Shown one piece after another: positions 1-14,261 of a stretch of DNA of 64,000 bases. The DNA is taken from assembly GCA_964016885.1 (NCBI GenBank), contig OZ024756.1:9238001-9302000 (forward strand). Reading direction: 5' to 3'. The position numbers and the translations under genes were made by a program. The notes below the pieces were generated by a model. That model searched no databases and was not told the origin of the DNA. It saw only the letters and a program-made list of their open reading frames with translations. How positions within the stretch are numbered: position 1 is the first letter of the stretch; every line of letters starts with the position of its first letter. This DNA is from Eledone cirrhosa. Lineage: Eukaryota.

Positions 1-1190
1 TTAGAGTATATAATATATATGTATAGAGGAATATATATACCCCAGTCTAGAGTATATAATATATATATATAGAGGAATATATACCCCAGTCTAGAGTATA
101 TAATATATATATATATATAGAGGAATATATACCCCAGTCTAGAGTATATAATATATATATATATATATAGAGGAATATATACCCCAGTCTGGCGTATATA
201 ATATATATATATGTAGAGGAATATATATACCCCAGTCTAGAGTATATAATATATATATATGTAGAGGAATATATATACCCCAGTCTAGAGTGTATAATAT
301 ATATATATATGTAGAGGACTATATATACCCCAGTCTAGAGTATATAATATATATATATGTAGAGGAATATATATACCCCAGTCTAGAGTGTATAATATAT
401 ATATATATGTAGAGGACTATATATACCCCAGTCTAGCGTATATAATATATATATATGTAGAGGAATATATATACCCCAGTCTAGAGTGTATAATATATAT
501 ATATGTAGAGGAATATATATACCCCAGTCTAGAGTGTATAATATATATATATGTAGAGGACTATATATACCCCAGTCTAGAGTATATAATATATATATAT
601 ATAGAGGAATATATACCCCAGTCTAGAGTATATAATATATATATATATATAGAGGAATATATACCCCAGTCTAGCGTATATAATATATATATATGTAGAG
701 GAATATATATACCCCAGTCTAGAGTATATAATATATATATATGTAGAGGAATATATATACCCCAGTCTAGAGTGTATAATATATATATATATATGTAGAG
801 GACTATATATACCCCAGTCTAGAGTATATAATATATATATATGTAGAGGAATATATATACCCCAGTCTAGAGTGTATAATATATATATATATGTAGAGGA
901 CTATATATACCCCAGTCTAGCGTATATAATATATATATATGTAGAGGAATATATATACCCCAGTCTAGAGTGTATAATATATATATATGTAGAGGAATAT
1001 ATATACCCCAGTCTAGAGTGTATAATATATATATATGTAGAGGACTATATATACCCCAGTCTAGAGTATATAATATATATATATATAGAGGAATATATAC
1101 CCCAGTCTAGAGTATATAATATATATATATATATATACCGCAGTCTAGAGTATATAATATATATATATATATATATACCGCAGTCTAGAG

Positions 1191-1232
<42 letters not shown>

Positions 1233-1240
1233 CAGTGTAG
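1..1240. repeat. ~50-bp minisatellite array (unit ~CCCCAGTCTAGAGTATATAA(TA)nTGTAGAGGAATATATATA)
   Basis: More than 20 near-identical units are visible directly, with variable internal (TA)n. Degenerate units resume at ~3700-3832. Confidence 0.95.
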
Positions 1241-1244
1241 AGTA

Positions 1245-3325
1245 TCATCATCATCAACGTTTAACGTCCATCTTCCACGCTAGCATGGGTTTAGACGGGA
1301 GTTGTCCCACTTGAGGCAAGGTTGGTCGGGTGATGGTGTCTCGCTCGTATAGGACTGTCTGGCAGATTTTCTACGGCTGGATGCCCTTCCTAACACCAAC
1401 CACATTTACAGTGTGGACTGGGAGGTTTTTACCGTGTTACCTACATACACACATTACAGCGTGGACTGTGTTTTATTTCTCGTGACACCTACACAACCTC
1501 ATTTGTTTCGGACTAGATGTTGTGGTACCAACATAACTTTACAGAGGAAGGGTGGTGTTGGTGGGTGTGAGGGTAGTGGGATGGGGGTGTATATTTCTGA
1601 CTGTAAGTTTCGCTTTGTACTTAGGCAAGGGAGGTCTTCTGTATTACTGCATAGCGCCAAAGATCTCAGTCCAGTGACATTGTCTTAGAGAGGTGTAAGT
1701 GTGTAAGGTCGGAATTTATCAAATCGTCCCAGGTTTTTCTGGGTCTGCCTATTCCGTAACTTCCATCAATTTTGATCGCCCTGCACTTTTTTATACAGCT
1801 GTCGTCTTTCATGCACATCACGTGACCATACCAATGTAGTCTTCTTTTGAGTAAACAGCATCTGATCCCTCTTATTCCTAATTTCTCACTTAGTTCACTT
1901 ATGCTTTGCCGTTCACGTATATTACTATTACACATCCACCGGAGCATGCAAGTTTCATTCCTCTCCAGTCTGCGCAGATCCTCTGCACACAATGCCCATG
2001 TCTCACTGCCATGTAACATAGCTGTTCCATTACAGGTATCATACAGTCTGCCTTTCATTTTTAGAGAGAAACCTCTAGCGGCTAATAGTGGTATAAGCTC
2101 TCTGAACTTTTTCCACCCTCGTTCTGACTCTGGGTACTGTACTTTCAGAACACCCTCCACCACTGCTGATTTTGTCACCCAGGTAACGGAAGGTGTCCAC
2201 TATTTCTATAGAGCCATCTGGGCAATAGAAGGAACTAATATCCTGTGGGCACTTGCTACTTATTGCACCTGAGCACCGGCCACATATAAAATCTACATTC
2301 TTAGTTAGCTTACCTGCGATCCAACTACATCTTTTATGTACCCATAGTTTGCATTTGGGACATAAAATGGAATTTCTACCTACTCCTTTCCTACACACTG
2401 AGCATGGCCATTTCCCAGAGGGGACTTGTGCCCTATTTCCTTCCTACATACTAGAACTTTAGTAGTCTTAGACAATTTAAGTTTAAGGCCTTTTGATTCT
2501 AGGCCATGCTTCCATGTTTGGAATTTCTTCTCTAGTTCAGCCATTGATTCAGCTATGAACGTTAGATCATCTGTGTATAGGAGTTCCCATGGGAAGCCAG
2601 TATTGAACTTCTCTGTTATAGCCTGAAGGGCAATAATAAATAGTAGGGGGCTAAGGGCAGAGCCCTGATGAACACCAACTCTTCACTATATTCGTTGTTA
2701 ATTCTAAACTTGCTGACTGTTTCTTTATACATGGCTTGTATAGCTCTCACAAGCCATTCATCAACCCCTAGTTTTCTAAGGGCCCACCATGGAGCGGGGG
2801 ACTCTGTCAAAGGCTATCTCCAAGTCAACAAAAGCTAAGTATAGGGGTTTACTTTTAGCTAGGTACTTCTCCTGTAGTTGTCGTACAAGGAAAAGGGCGT
2901 CTGTGGTACTTTTACCTGACACAAACCCGAACTGCATTTCATCTAGATCAATTCGCTCTCTGATTAGTTGCGCTATAACTTTTTCTGTGACCTTCATGAC
3001 CTGGTCAATTAATTTAATGCCTCTATAGTTTCCCCTATCTAGGGTATCTCCTTTACCCTTGTAGCAGTTAATGATGATGCTTCTACACCAGTCTTTCAGT
3101 ATGACCCCATTCTGTATTACTTGGTTAACTATATTGGTGACCATAGTGTGTCCCACCATATCAGATGCCTTCAACATCTCAGCAACTATCTCCGAAGGCT
3201 CAGCTGCCTTGCCTGTCTTCATATCTTTGATTGCCTTACTTATTATACTACCTTCAGCTTGCACTACTGGTCCCTCTATTGGATCGATGTGGGGCAGACT
3301 ATCTTTTTCCCATTTATTCTCCCAT
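1245..3325 (-). mobile_element. 5'-truncated, decayed RTE-clade (BovB-like) LINE: RT domain, 3' UTR and (GAT)n tail
   Basis: Minus-strand ORF fragments: KTGKAAEPSEIVAEMLK...YKGKGD...NYRGIKL...QFGF..GKSTTDA...FVDLEIAFD, then YTDD, FRYLG, LHGSETW and GRPRKTW. Frameshifted. Ends in ...GGACGTTAAACGTTGATGATGATGAT. Confidence 0.93.
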
Positions 3326-3330
3326 CATTT

Positions 3331-3680
3331 CATCATCATCATTTCATTTTTCGTCCGCTTTTCCCTGCTTGCAAGGGTGGGAACTGATTCTGGCTTGATT
3401 TCTACAGCTGGATGCCCTTCCTAACACCAACCTCATTTACAGTGAGTGCAGGGTGCTTTCTTGCCGTGGCACCTCCACGACCACTTTGCAGTGGAATGAT
3501 AGGGACCCCAGTCCCTATCATCTCATTTCTACAGCTGAGTAACCTGGAGCAATGTGAAATAAAGTGTCTTGCTCAAGGAAACAACACATCACCTGGTCTG
3601 AGAATTGAACTCACAACCTTTCGATTGCAAAGTTATTTGATTGCAAGGCCAATGCTCTAACCACTAAGCCATGTGCCTCC
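3331..3680 (-). mobile_element. tRNA-derived SINE with CORE-like middle and RTE-derived tail (family S1)
   Basis: A box TGGCTTAGTGG, B box GTTCAATTC, CORE-like TCCTTGAGCAAGACACTT, and tail CCCACCCTTGCAAGCAGGGAAAAGCGGACG matching the RTE 3' end at ~39446-39488. Confidence 0.88.
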
Positions 3681-4469
3681 ATATATAATATATATATATA
3701 TGTATATAGAGGAATATATATACCCCAGTCTAGAGTATATAAATATATATGTATGTAGAGGAATATATATACCCCAGGCTAGAGTATATACATGTATGTA
3801 AAAGAATATATACACGCCAGTCTAGAGTATATATTATTCTATATACTATACATGCAACTTTGATGAGTTGTAGTGCACCCGAGCACTGTACACAATAATT
3901 TTCATTATTATTATCTTAGAACATGTAATCCATATTTAAAATAACCTTCGGAATATCTAATACAAGACAATACATTTCATTGTTTAGTCTTCTATTTGTT
4001 TCCACAAATATATATTATTTAATAAAATGTTCAAAATAATCCAGGACAACTCTGATCAAGAAAAAAAAAAAAAAACAATTTAATCGACTAAATCGAGATC
4101 TTTGAAACAATTTTACCACAATTTCTTTATCACCTGACAATTGAAACAAAAATAAAATATCACAGTTATCTCCCTTTATGTTCATTCTGTGAATAAATGG
4201 TTTCTTATTGGTTCTCTAGCACCAGTGTATTAGAAAGTTCACTATTACACACAGTTCATACGATTGAGTGTTTGATACATACATACATACATTTCATACA
4301 TTGTATTGGTTTGTTTGGCTCGCCGCCCTTCCTATATATGGTACCAGCGCTACCACTTTGCAGAGTGTACTGGATGCACTTTATCCGAGCACCGACACTA
4401 GAGAGTTTGTCATATACTGGGCAAGGCTGAAGACTCCTCAATATTCCCTGTTAGTTTGAGTATAGTAAT

Positions 4470-4725
4470 GAGTGGCCTAGTGGTAAGGGTGTTGGACTTA
4501 TGACCATCACGTCGTGGGTTCAATTCCTGGACTGGGTTGTGTTCTTCAGCAAAACATTTCATTCCGTGTTGTTCCAGTATACTCAGCAATAGCTGGGAGT
4601 TTAACCCTACAATGGACTGGCGTCCTGTCGAGTGGGGGAATATTCTACTCTCAGTCAACGCCATGGAAATCGGGATAAACTCCAGTCAGATGAACCTCGG
4701 GGCTTGAGACAGATTTTAGCCTTTA
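4470..4725 (+). mobile_element. degenerate tRNA-derived SINE
   Basis: A box TGGCCTAGTGG, B box GGTTCAATTCC, CORE-like TGTTCTTCAGCAAAACATTT. Confidence 0.7.
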
Positions 4726-4870
4726 GACTCAGTTTGAGTTTGCCTGAGAGTGGCAGCATGTTGTACCTCCTGCTCAAAGTGGTAGCATTGGTACCTCTGT
4801 GGAAGATCTCCTACCATCGTACCTAGTTACTGACTATGTTTCCTATGTTATTTGATGGAACTGACACATC

Positions 4871-5046
4871 GTGATTTCTTCAGACAGTTAAAAAAATTGA
4901 TTAAAAGGTAACATTTCCGGAGCAATTTTGGGTGGCGGACACTCAAAGCAAAAACATACACATTGATTTCTAGTCCACTCCCTTCCACCCAAAATTGCCT
5001 CGGACATGTTACCCTTTAATCAGTTTTTGCTGTCTGAAGAAATCAC
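4871..5046. repeat. short fold-back element with ~65-bp imperfect inverted repeats
   Basis: GTGATTTCTTCAGACAG...CTGTCTGAAGAAATCAC, and AATTTTGGGTGG / CCACCCAAAATT. Confidence 0.75.
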
Positions 5047-5104
5047 AAGAACCCTAACATCTTCAACTTCGCATTTTCCTCTTTATTATATATATATATA
5101 CTTA

Positions 5105-5460
5105 TATACAATATATTAACAAATGGAAACTATATTTATAAAACCATATTTATTTCATTATACATATTTCAAGGGCTGCCAAGGCAAACTATGGTGCACT
5201 TTCATCAGATAAAATATAATATAGGTTAGTTTTATAAATAAATATTGATATACCCTGAAAAAATGCAACCATTCTGGTTGGAATCTCCTGGATAGTGGCC
5301 CTTGAAATATGTATAATGAAATAAATATGGTTTTATAAATATAGTTTCCATTTGTTAATATATTGTATATTTTCTCCAATAATTTGTTGAGTGCTTTATA
5401 TCAGTTATAAAAATATTTTGCTTGTTGTATCCCAACAAATTAAATATAACCTCTACATAT
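5105..5460. mobile_element. fold-back Penelope-derived element, HHR family A
   Basis: Inverted arms ~5105-5176 and ~5297-5370. HHR core on the minus strand at ~5151-5216. The 3' terminal module 5372-5457 matches 19994-20080 (reverse complement). Confidence 0.8.
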
Positions 5461-5487
5461 ATACTTATATATATATTATATATATAA

Positions 5488-5620
5488 GGGCGTCCCTTTA
5501 CGATCTGAGTTCAAATCCCGCCGAGGTTAACTTTGCCTTTCATCCTTACGGGGTCGATAAAATAAAGTACCAGTAATGTACTGAGGATTTGCTGGCCTTG
5601 TGCCTAAAGTAGAAACAATT
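5488..5620 (+). mobile_element. 5'-truncated tRNA-derived SINE (family S2)
   Basis: GAGTTCAAATCCCGCCGAGGTTAACTTTGCCTTTCATCCTTACGGGGTCGATAAAATAAAGTACCAG, as in the full copies at 12578 and 27340. Confidence 0.85.
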
Positions 5621-5639
5621 ATATATATATATATATATA

Positions 5640-5965
5640 TATCAATGATATTAATAAATGGAAACTATTTATTCTATTATATATATTTCAAGGGTACCAA
5701 AAAACTTTGGTACGCTCACATCAGATAAAATACAAAATTTGTTTTATAAATAGTGACATACCCAAGAAACCAGCCCTTAATGGTTCAGATTCCATTTGGA
5801 TATTTTGGTACCCTTGAAATATATATCATAAAATAAATATGGTTTTATAAATATAGTTTCCATTTAGTAATATCATTGATATTATACTCTAGGTAATACT
5901 CTAGTGCTTCTAATCTGTTATAATAAATAAATTCGTTGAATTACCAGCAGATTAAATATCTCTTT
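5640..5965. mobile_element. diverged fold-back element related to HHR family A
   Basis: Inverted arms (ATCAATGATATT..AAATGGAAACTAT / ATAGTTTCCATTT..AATATCATTGAT). The minus-strand core reads CTGATGT (mutated)...GAAATATATATA. Confidence 0.7.
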
Positions 5966-6013
5966 GCTTATATATATATATATATATACCTTTCATTTAT
6001 ATATATATATATA

Positions 6014-6182
6014 TAGAAGTGGTTACACAACAGTTAGTTCACCATACCGAGAACAATTGTTTCACCTTCGCGGATCTTCAGCTCGGGAGCAAAGGTGAAA
6101 CAATTGTTCTCGGTATGTTGAACTAACTCGTCCCTTGGACTGAGTGCTCTACCACTACGGATATGACCCTCCAGTGTTCCAC

Positions 6183-6225
<43 letters not shown>

Positions 6226-6365
6226 GAGAGAGAGAGAGAGAGAGGTAGAACACTGGAAGGTAATATCCGTAGTGGTAGAGCACTCAGTCCAAGGGACGAG
6301 TTAGTTCAACATACAGGGAACAATTGTTCTCGGTATGGTGAACTAACTGTTGTGTAACCACTACT
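6014..6365. mobile_element. fold-back elements of HHR family C flanking a (TA)n(GA)n tract
   Basis: Nested inverted repeats (6014-6060 / 6317-6362; 6098-6185 / 6245-6330). Another copy lies at 33093-33250. Confidence 0.8.
6047..6086 (-). ncRNA. minimal type I hammerhead ribozyme (family C)
   Basis: Minus strand: CCGAG-CTGAAGA-TCC GCGAA GGT-GAAA-CAATTG-TT-CTCGG. Stem I is CCGAG/CTCGG, stem III is palindromic CAATTG, and the cleavage triplet is GUU. Confidence 0.8.
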
Positions 6366-6369
6366 ATAT

Positions 6370-6645
6370 CATCATCATCATCATCATCACCGTTTTACGT
6401 CCGTTCTTCCACGCTAGCATGGGTTAGACGGGTTGTCCTGTTGTGTGCAGTGTCTGGTCGGCTGACCATGCCTTGCTCATACAGGAACTGATCTGGCTTG
6501 ATTTCTACAGCTGGATGCCCTTCCTAACACCAACCTCATTTACAGTGAGTGCTGGGTGCTTTTTCGTGGCGCCTACACGTCCACTTTACAGTGTGGGCTG
6601 GGTGCTTTTTTGCCGTGGCACCTCCACGACCACCTTGCAGTGGAG
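6370..6645 (-). mobile_element. 3' part of an S1-related SINE / RTE-tail element
   Basis: Contains the GGTGTTAGGAAGGGCATCCAGCTGTAGAAA motif and the ...GGACGTAAAACGGTGATGATG tail on the minus strand. Confidence 0.75.
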
Positions 6646-6980
6646 TTTGTAGGACTGGAGTATACATAATATATAAGATCAAAAGATGGTTAAAGGAGTT
6701 CCATGTATTTTATTATGCGCATTTCAAAAATAAACATCATCATGCAATAATATTTGTGTTTTCATCAGATAAATCAGGAGGACATGATATGAAGGCTAAA
6801 AAACACTTGTGGATAGTGCAGTTGATTTAAAACTGCACTATCCACAAGTGTTTTTTAGCCTTCATATCGTGTCCTCCTGTTTTATCTGATGAAAACACAA
6901 ATATTATTGGATGATGATGTTTATTTTTGAAATGCGCATAATAAAATACATGGAACTCCTTTAACCATCTTTTGATCTTA
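6645..6980. mobile_element. fold-back Penelope-derived element, HHR family B (palindrome centred ~6828)
   Basis: The arms match 23597-23778 and 26190-26345. HHR cores lie on both strands (6708-6773 minus, 6880-6946 plus). Confidence 0.88.
6880..6946 (+). ncRNA. type I hammerhead ribozyme (family B)
   Basis: TTTTAT-CTGATGA-AAAC...TTTTT-GAAA-TGCGCA-TA-ATAAAA. Stem I is TTTTAT/ATAAAA, stem III is palindromic TGCGCA, and the triplet is AUA. Confidence 0.85.
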
Positions 6981-8015
6981 TCTATATATATAAAACTGTG
7001 GTTGTCTGTCTGTCTATCGATTTTTGGCACACATCTCCTCTTAGAATCTCTCACGGAATTGCACCGAAATTGCTATACTTGTACATTGAGCCCTAGCGAA
7101 GACATCGGAAAAAAATATTTCAAATTGACCCGCCCTATCTGACGAAATCGAATATAATGTATCGATTTTTGAGCGTAAGTGATCAGTTATTTCCCTTTGT
7201 TCTGTTTACATTGAGCGTCTGCGTGCAAAAATTAAAAAAATTACGCTGGCTTTCTCAGCGTTTAAAATGACATTAACACAATCTACATTTTTTGTATTTA
7301 TTAATTGTTAGATACGAAAGTTTTTGGTCGTATTGAACAGAACAAATTTTGTATTTTTGTTAATCGCTTGTTAAATGTGCAAGGACCCCATTCAATCATT
7401 ACCTTCTATCTCTTCTCCTTCTTATAAATTCCTTAATTCTTAATCTAGCGTATTTTCAAACCTTAATTCCTAGCGTATTTTCAAACCTCAATTCCTAATT
7501 CTAGCGTATTTTCAAAACAAAAAACAAGTCTATTTAAAGACTACGTAAAACAAGCAAATATTTCGTAAAAAAAAGCAAAAATTATATAAGTTTATTTAAA
7601 ATATATGTATCTGTAAATTTCGTTAGGCGTGCAGACAGACAGTCGTGCAGACAGACTGTCGTGCAGAGAGGTGATATAGGCGTGCAGACAGATAGTCGTG
7701 CAGACAGACATAACTGATAATTTGGTTACGCTAATGTTTTTCTCTGCGTTGCAGTGTTTACATTTTCGATCTTTGTTAATAAATAACCAGTGCAGTTTCT
7801 ATCCCCAGCATCCTCTTTTGTTATAACATTCGGGTTATCGTTATGTTTTCTTAACTTCATAAGGCATATTGTTGGTTGAGGGAATATTAATCAAAAACAC
7901 CACATGCAAGTCTGCACAGTAGACACTACAGTTGTTAAGCCAAAAAAGAAACTTAACATTGTAACTTTAACACAGCTACTGAGCGACCCCGAGCAACGCC
8001 GGGCTTTACTGCTAG
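6981..8015 (+). mobile_element. non-autonomous Helitron
   Basis: 5' TC(TATATATATAAAA), 3' subterminal hairpin CCCGAGCAACGCCGGG followed by CTAG, and insertion between A and T with no TSD. Confidence 0.88.
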
Positions 8016-9861
<1,846 letters not shown>

Positions 9862-9869
9862 TATATTTA

Positions 9870-10105
9870 TATATCGTTTCTGAATTTGTATAGCAAGATT
9901 CTTTATCTGAAAACGTGTGTTGAAACCGATATTGTTATACTTTGGGAGGGTCATGTTGCCAATAAAGAAGACACGCACCAGTTGCTTTCACTCCAATTTA
10001 TTATAAATTAAATTTATAAATTTAATTTATAATAAATTGGAGTGAAAGCAACTGGTGCGTGTCTTTCTTATTGGCAACATGACCCTCCCAAAGTATAACA
10101 ATATA
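9870..10105. mobile_element. fold-back fragment of HHR family F (terminal part, no ribozyme core in this copy)
   Basis: Palindrome centred ~10017. Shares sequence with 26387-26535 and 54205-54345. Confidence 0.75.
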
Positions 10106-10114
10106 TATATAATG

Positions 10115-10380
10115 TGTTGTGTACTTGAGCAAGACACTTTATTTCTCATTGCTCCAGTTTACTCCGCTGTAGAAATGAGATGATAGGGACTGGGGTCCCT
10201 ATCATTCCACTGCAAAGTGGTCGTGGAGGTGCCACGGCAAAAAATCACCCAGCACTCACTGTAAATGAGGTTGGTGTTAGGAAGGGCATCCAGCTGTAGA
10301 AATCAAGCCAGAATCAGTTCCCGTCCCACCCTTGCAAGCAGGGAAAAAGCGGACGTAAAATGAAATGAAATGAAATGAAT
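10115..10380 (+). mobile_element. 5'-truncated S1 SINE
   Basis: CORE-like segment, RTE-like tail and (TGAAA)n end. Confidence 0.85.
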
Positions 10381-10460
10381 ATAGAAGTGGTTATATATAT
10401 ATATATATTTATATATATAAATGAAAGGTATAGAAATTGTTTTAGCGAGAAGCTAATAGT

Positions 10461-10543
<83 letters not shown>

Positions 10544-10832
10544 TGTACCCGCGGAATCTATTCGCGGAATCGTAAATATCTTCCGCTATTTTTTCATGTT
10601 TTTTTTCGTGGCAATATAATTTTTCACGCTTTTTAACGCTAAATTATTAATAACAATATACCGTATTGACATATTTTGTTATATTTTGGCGTTTATGGAG
10701 CACGTCTAATATTCGCGGCTTTTCACTCTTCGCTGGTGCTCTAGAAACGTAACACACGCGAATACCAAGGGACAACTGTATATATGTGTGTGTAATAGGA
10801 AAAGGTATGACCCCGACGGCAGAGTTCAAGCC

Positions 10833-10882
<50 letters not shown>

Positions 10883-11443
10883 TTGTCTACTGTAAACGAA
10901 AGAACGTTGGTAATTTCTCGTGTTGATATGATTCAAGAGAACACAACAGCTCGTCTAACAAACTAACGAAAAGTACCTCTAGGTGGTCTTTGAAATATTT
11001 AGAAATAGCAGTTAAATAACACATTCTATAACCTGATAAATATAAAATAGAGACAGAAAGAGAAGAACAACGAAAACTGCAATGACGACTTTGATAATAG
11101 AATCTTTTAGCTAAATATGAACTAGTGAAAGGAAACATAGAAAGTAACATGATAATGACAGCAGGAAGAAATATAATGGTAATTCTTGTTTTTATTCACG
11201 AAAATAACACTTCCGGTAAATAAGAGAACATTAAATAATTTAATATCTAAATAAGTTAAATATAAAGATACTAGAAGCTAACTGAGAAATAATAATAGTT
11301 CCGTGAAGCGGAAATAAAAAAATGTCGATAATTGAAAATATAAAATTGTCTTTTCCTTGTATATAAAATGAAAATAATAAATATTCATTGAAAATAGGAA
11401 ATTTTAGGATTATTAGACTAATAATGGAACAAATTTGGGCCGT

Positions 11444-11525
11444 GGTAGCGTGGCCGAGTGGTCTAAGGCGCTGGTTTTAGGCACCAGTCTCTCCGGAGGC
11501 GTGGGTTCGAATCCCACCGCTGCCA
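11444..11525 (+). tRNA. tRNA-Leu, anticodon TAG
   Basis: GGTAGCGTGGCCGAGTGGTCTAAGGCGCTGGTTTTAGGCACCAGTCTCTCCGGAGGCGTGGGTTCGAATCCCACCGCTGCCA forms a full cloverleaf with a long variable arm. A T7 Pol III terminator follows at 11533-11539. Confidence 0.96.
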
Positions 11526-11779
11526 CACTAAATTTTTTTGTGTTGTATTCCGTTAGACTTTATTATGGTGTGATTTCTAATCGAGATTCTTAAGAATTTG
11601 TTTTTTTAAAGACACCCTTGTGTTAAGGAAAAATTAATTATATATGATTTTTCAAGGGTGAGCATGTATATCACAACCGTCTACACACTACACCAAACAT
11701 ATTTATGTCTCTATTAACAATAAATTTATTAAGACATAACCGTCAACATAATGTTACAAACAGGACAGGAAAAAAACAC

Positions 11780-12330
11780 ACACAAGCAGGTAATACATAC
11801 ATCTAGGACCACATACAATACACACATCCAGGACCACATACAACACGCAAGCAGGTAATACACACACCTAGGACCACATACAATACACAAGCAGGTAATA
11901 CACACATCTAGGACCACATACAATACACAAGCAGGTAATACACACATCTAGGACCACATACAACACACCAGTAGGTAATACACACATCTAGGATCACATA
12001 CAACACACCAGCAGGTAATACACACCTCTAGGACCACATACAACACACAAGCTGGTAATACACACACATCTAGGATCACATACAACACACCAGCAGGTAA
12101 TACATACATCTAGGACCACATACAACACACAAGCTGGTAATACACACATCTAGAAACACATACAACACACCAGCAGGTAATACACACCTCTAGGACCACA
12201 TACAACACACAAGCTGGTAATACACACATCTAGAACCACATACAACACACAAGCTGGTAATACACACATCTAGGAGGAACACATACAACACACCAGCAGG
12301 TAATACATACATCTAGGACCACATACAACA
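11780..12330. repeat. 40-bp minisatellite (GCAGGTAATACACACATCTAGGACCACATACAACACACAA), ~13 copies
   Basis: Period of 40 read directly from the sequence. Confidence 0.93.
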
Positions 12331-12344
12331 AAAGGCAGATGAAA

Positions 12345-12475
12345 GGGGTGGACAAACGAACCGCTGCCAGAGCAAAAGATAACAATGTCGTGAGGAGCAC
12401 TGGGAAACCACTCTAATGATTTTTGAGGCAAGCCAGCACGCTCGCAGCGTTACCTCGGGTGATGGCGAGGCAGAT
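12345..12475 (-). mobile_element. 3' tip of a CRE-clade non-LTR element
   Basis: Reverse complement of the [15 protein letters not shown] end seen at 14120-14176. Confidence 0.65.
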
Positions 12476-12577
12476 ATGCTGGAACAGCCAAGCACCCTCA
12501 CGAACATCACCAGTTATCTCAGGCAAGCTGCCAGTGAAGACAAGAACCATATTACAAGGTATTAATTTATTAAACTA

Positions 12578-12772
12578 AGGGCGATGGATTGGCAGTATCG
12601 GTAGAGGGTCGGACGCCATGCTTTGACGCATAGAGTTACGGTCTTTGCCATTCTGAGTTCAAATCCCGCCGAGGTTAACTTTGTCTTTCATCCTTACGGG
12701 GTCGATAAAATAAAGTACCAGTAATGCACTGGATAATTGCTGGCCTTGTGCCAAAAAGTAGAAACAATTAAT
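12578..12772 (+). mobile_element. full-length S2 SINE
   Basis: A box TGGCAGTATCGG, B box GAGTTCAAATCC, conserved middle CTTTCATCCTTACGGGGTCGATAAAATAAAGTACC, and ATT-repeat tail. Confidence 0.88.
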
Positions 12773-12933
12773 TTATTAAACTATATACATATGAATTATC
12801 AGACATCAATTAACATTGTTTACTTTTATTAGAGGCATAAAAAAATTTAGAAGCCCTCTGATAGTTGGCCGGGGTATCCAACAACAACAAAAAGTAAAGA
12901 GGGGTGCTCCAACATATTCCCCAAAAGTATTAA

Positions 12934-13004
12934 TGCATCGGCCGGGAATCGAACCCGGGCCGCCCGCGTGGCAGGCGAGCATTCTACCACTGAACCACCG
13001 ATGC
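12934..13004 (-). tRNA. tRNA-Gly, anticodon GCC
   Basis: Reverse complement GCATCGGTGGTTCAGTGGTAGAATGCTCGCCTGCCACGCGGGCGGCCCGGGTTCGATTCCCGGCCGATGCA (71 nt). A T4 terminator lies just downstream on the minus strand. Confidence 0.96.
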
Positions 13005-13069
13005 TTACGGTTTAATCATCTCCTTTAAAAGTATTTTATTCTTGCAATATAAACATCTATATCTTTGCG

Positions 13070-13415
13070 CGTATATATGTATGTATATATGTATGTATAT
13101 ATATATGTATATATGTATATATGTATAAATGTTTATATAAATGTATATATGTATAAATGTTTATATAAATGTATATATGTATATATGTATGTATACATGT
13201 ATATATGTATATATATATGTATATATATATGTATGTATGTATATATGCATATATGTATGTATATATGTATATATATATGTATATATCTGTATGTATATAT
13301 GTATGTATATATACATGTATATATGTATATATGTATGTATATGTATGTATATGTGTATATATGTATATATATGTGTATGTGTATGTATATATGTGTATGT
13401 GTATGTATATATGTA

Positions 13416-13501
<86 letters not shown>

Positions 13502-13938
13502 TATATATATATGTATGTATATATGTATATATGTATGTATATATATATATGTATGTATATATGTATATATGTATGTAAATATGTATACATGTATATATGT
13601 ACATATGTATATATGTATGTATATATGTATATATGTTTGTCTATATGTATATATGTATGTATATATGTATATATGTATGTATATATGTATGTATATATGT
13701 ATATATGTATATATATATGTATATATGTTTGTCTATATGTATATATGTATATATATATGTATATATATATATATGTATGTATATATGTATATATGTTTGT
13801 CTATATGTATATATGTATGTATATATGTATATATGTTTGTCTATATGTATATATGTATATATATATGTATATATGTATGTATATATGTATATATGTATGT
13901 ATATATGTATGTATATATGTATATATGTATGTATATAT
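13070..13938. repeat. compound (TA)n/(TATG)n microsatellite
   Basis: Read directly from the sequence. Confidence 0.95.
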
Positions 13939-13939
13939 G

Positions 13940-14240
13940 CGGAGTAAGACCCTCAAATACTCTGATCTGTTGGCCAGCTACATTTTTCAGCCTATGGCTC
14001 TCGAGACGTTTGGAGGAGTCGGACCGCTGACTGCGAGCTTCCTCTCTTCACTGGCGGCTCGCCTAATAGACGTAACTGGCGAATCTCGCGAGGGCGCTTG
14101 GCTGTTTCAGCGCATCAGCTTCGCCATCACCCGAGGCAACGCTGGAAGTGTGCTGGCTTGCCTCAAAAATCATTAGAGAAGTTGGCTCCGTTGTTCACCC
14201 CTTCCTTTACATTTTCTTTAATATTGTAACATTAAAAGAA
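13940..14240 (+). mobile_element. 3' end of a CRE-clade retrotransposon (restriction-like endonuclease C-terminus)
   Basis: [23 protein letters not shown]...[15 protein letters not shown] matches the PxAxETxG...QRxSxAxxRGNA signature of CRE RLE domains. Confidence 0.8.
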
Positions 14241-14261
14241 TATATCTTTCTGTATATATGT

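Noticed and set aside
6262-6315. tRNA-like A box (GTAGTGGTAGAGC) and GTTCAAC in family C
   Set aside because: No cloverleaf forms. It is the antisense of the conserved 3' hairpin module, so it is not called a tRNA or SINE head.
9900-9935. CTGAAAA...GAAAC hammerhead-like string in the family F terminus
   Set aside because: The core lacks G8, there is no stem II or stem I pairing, and it lies on the strand opposite the family's real HHR.
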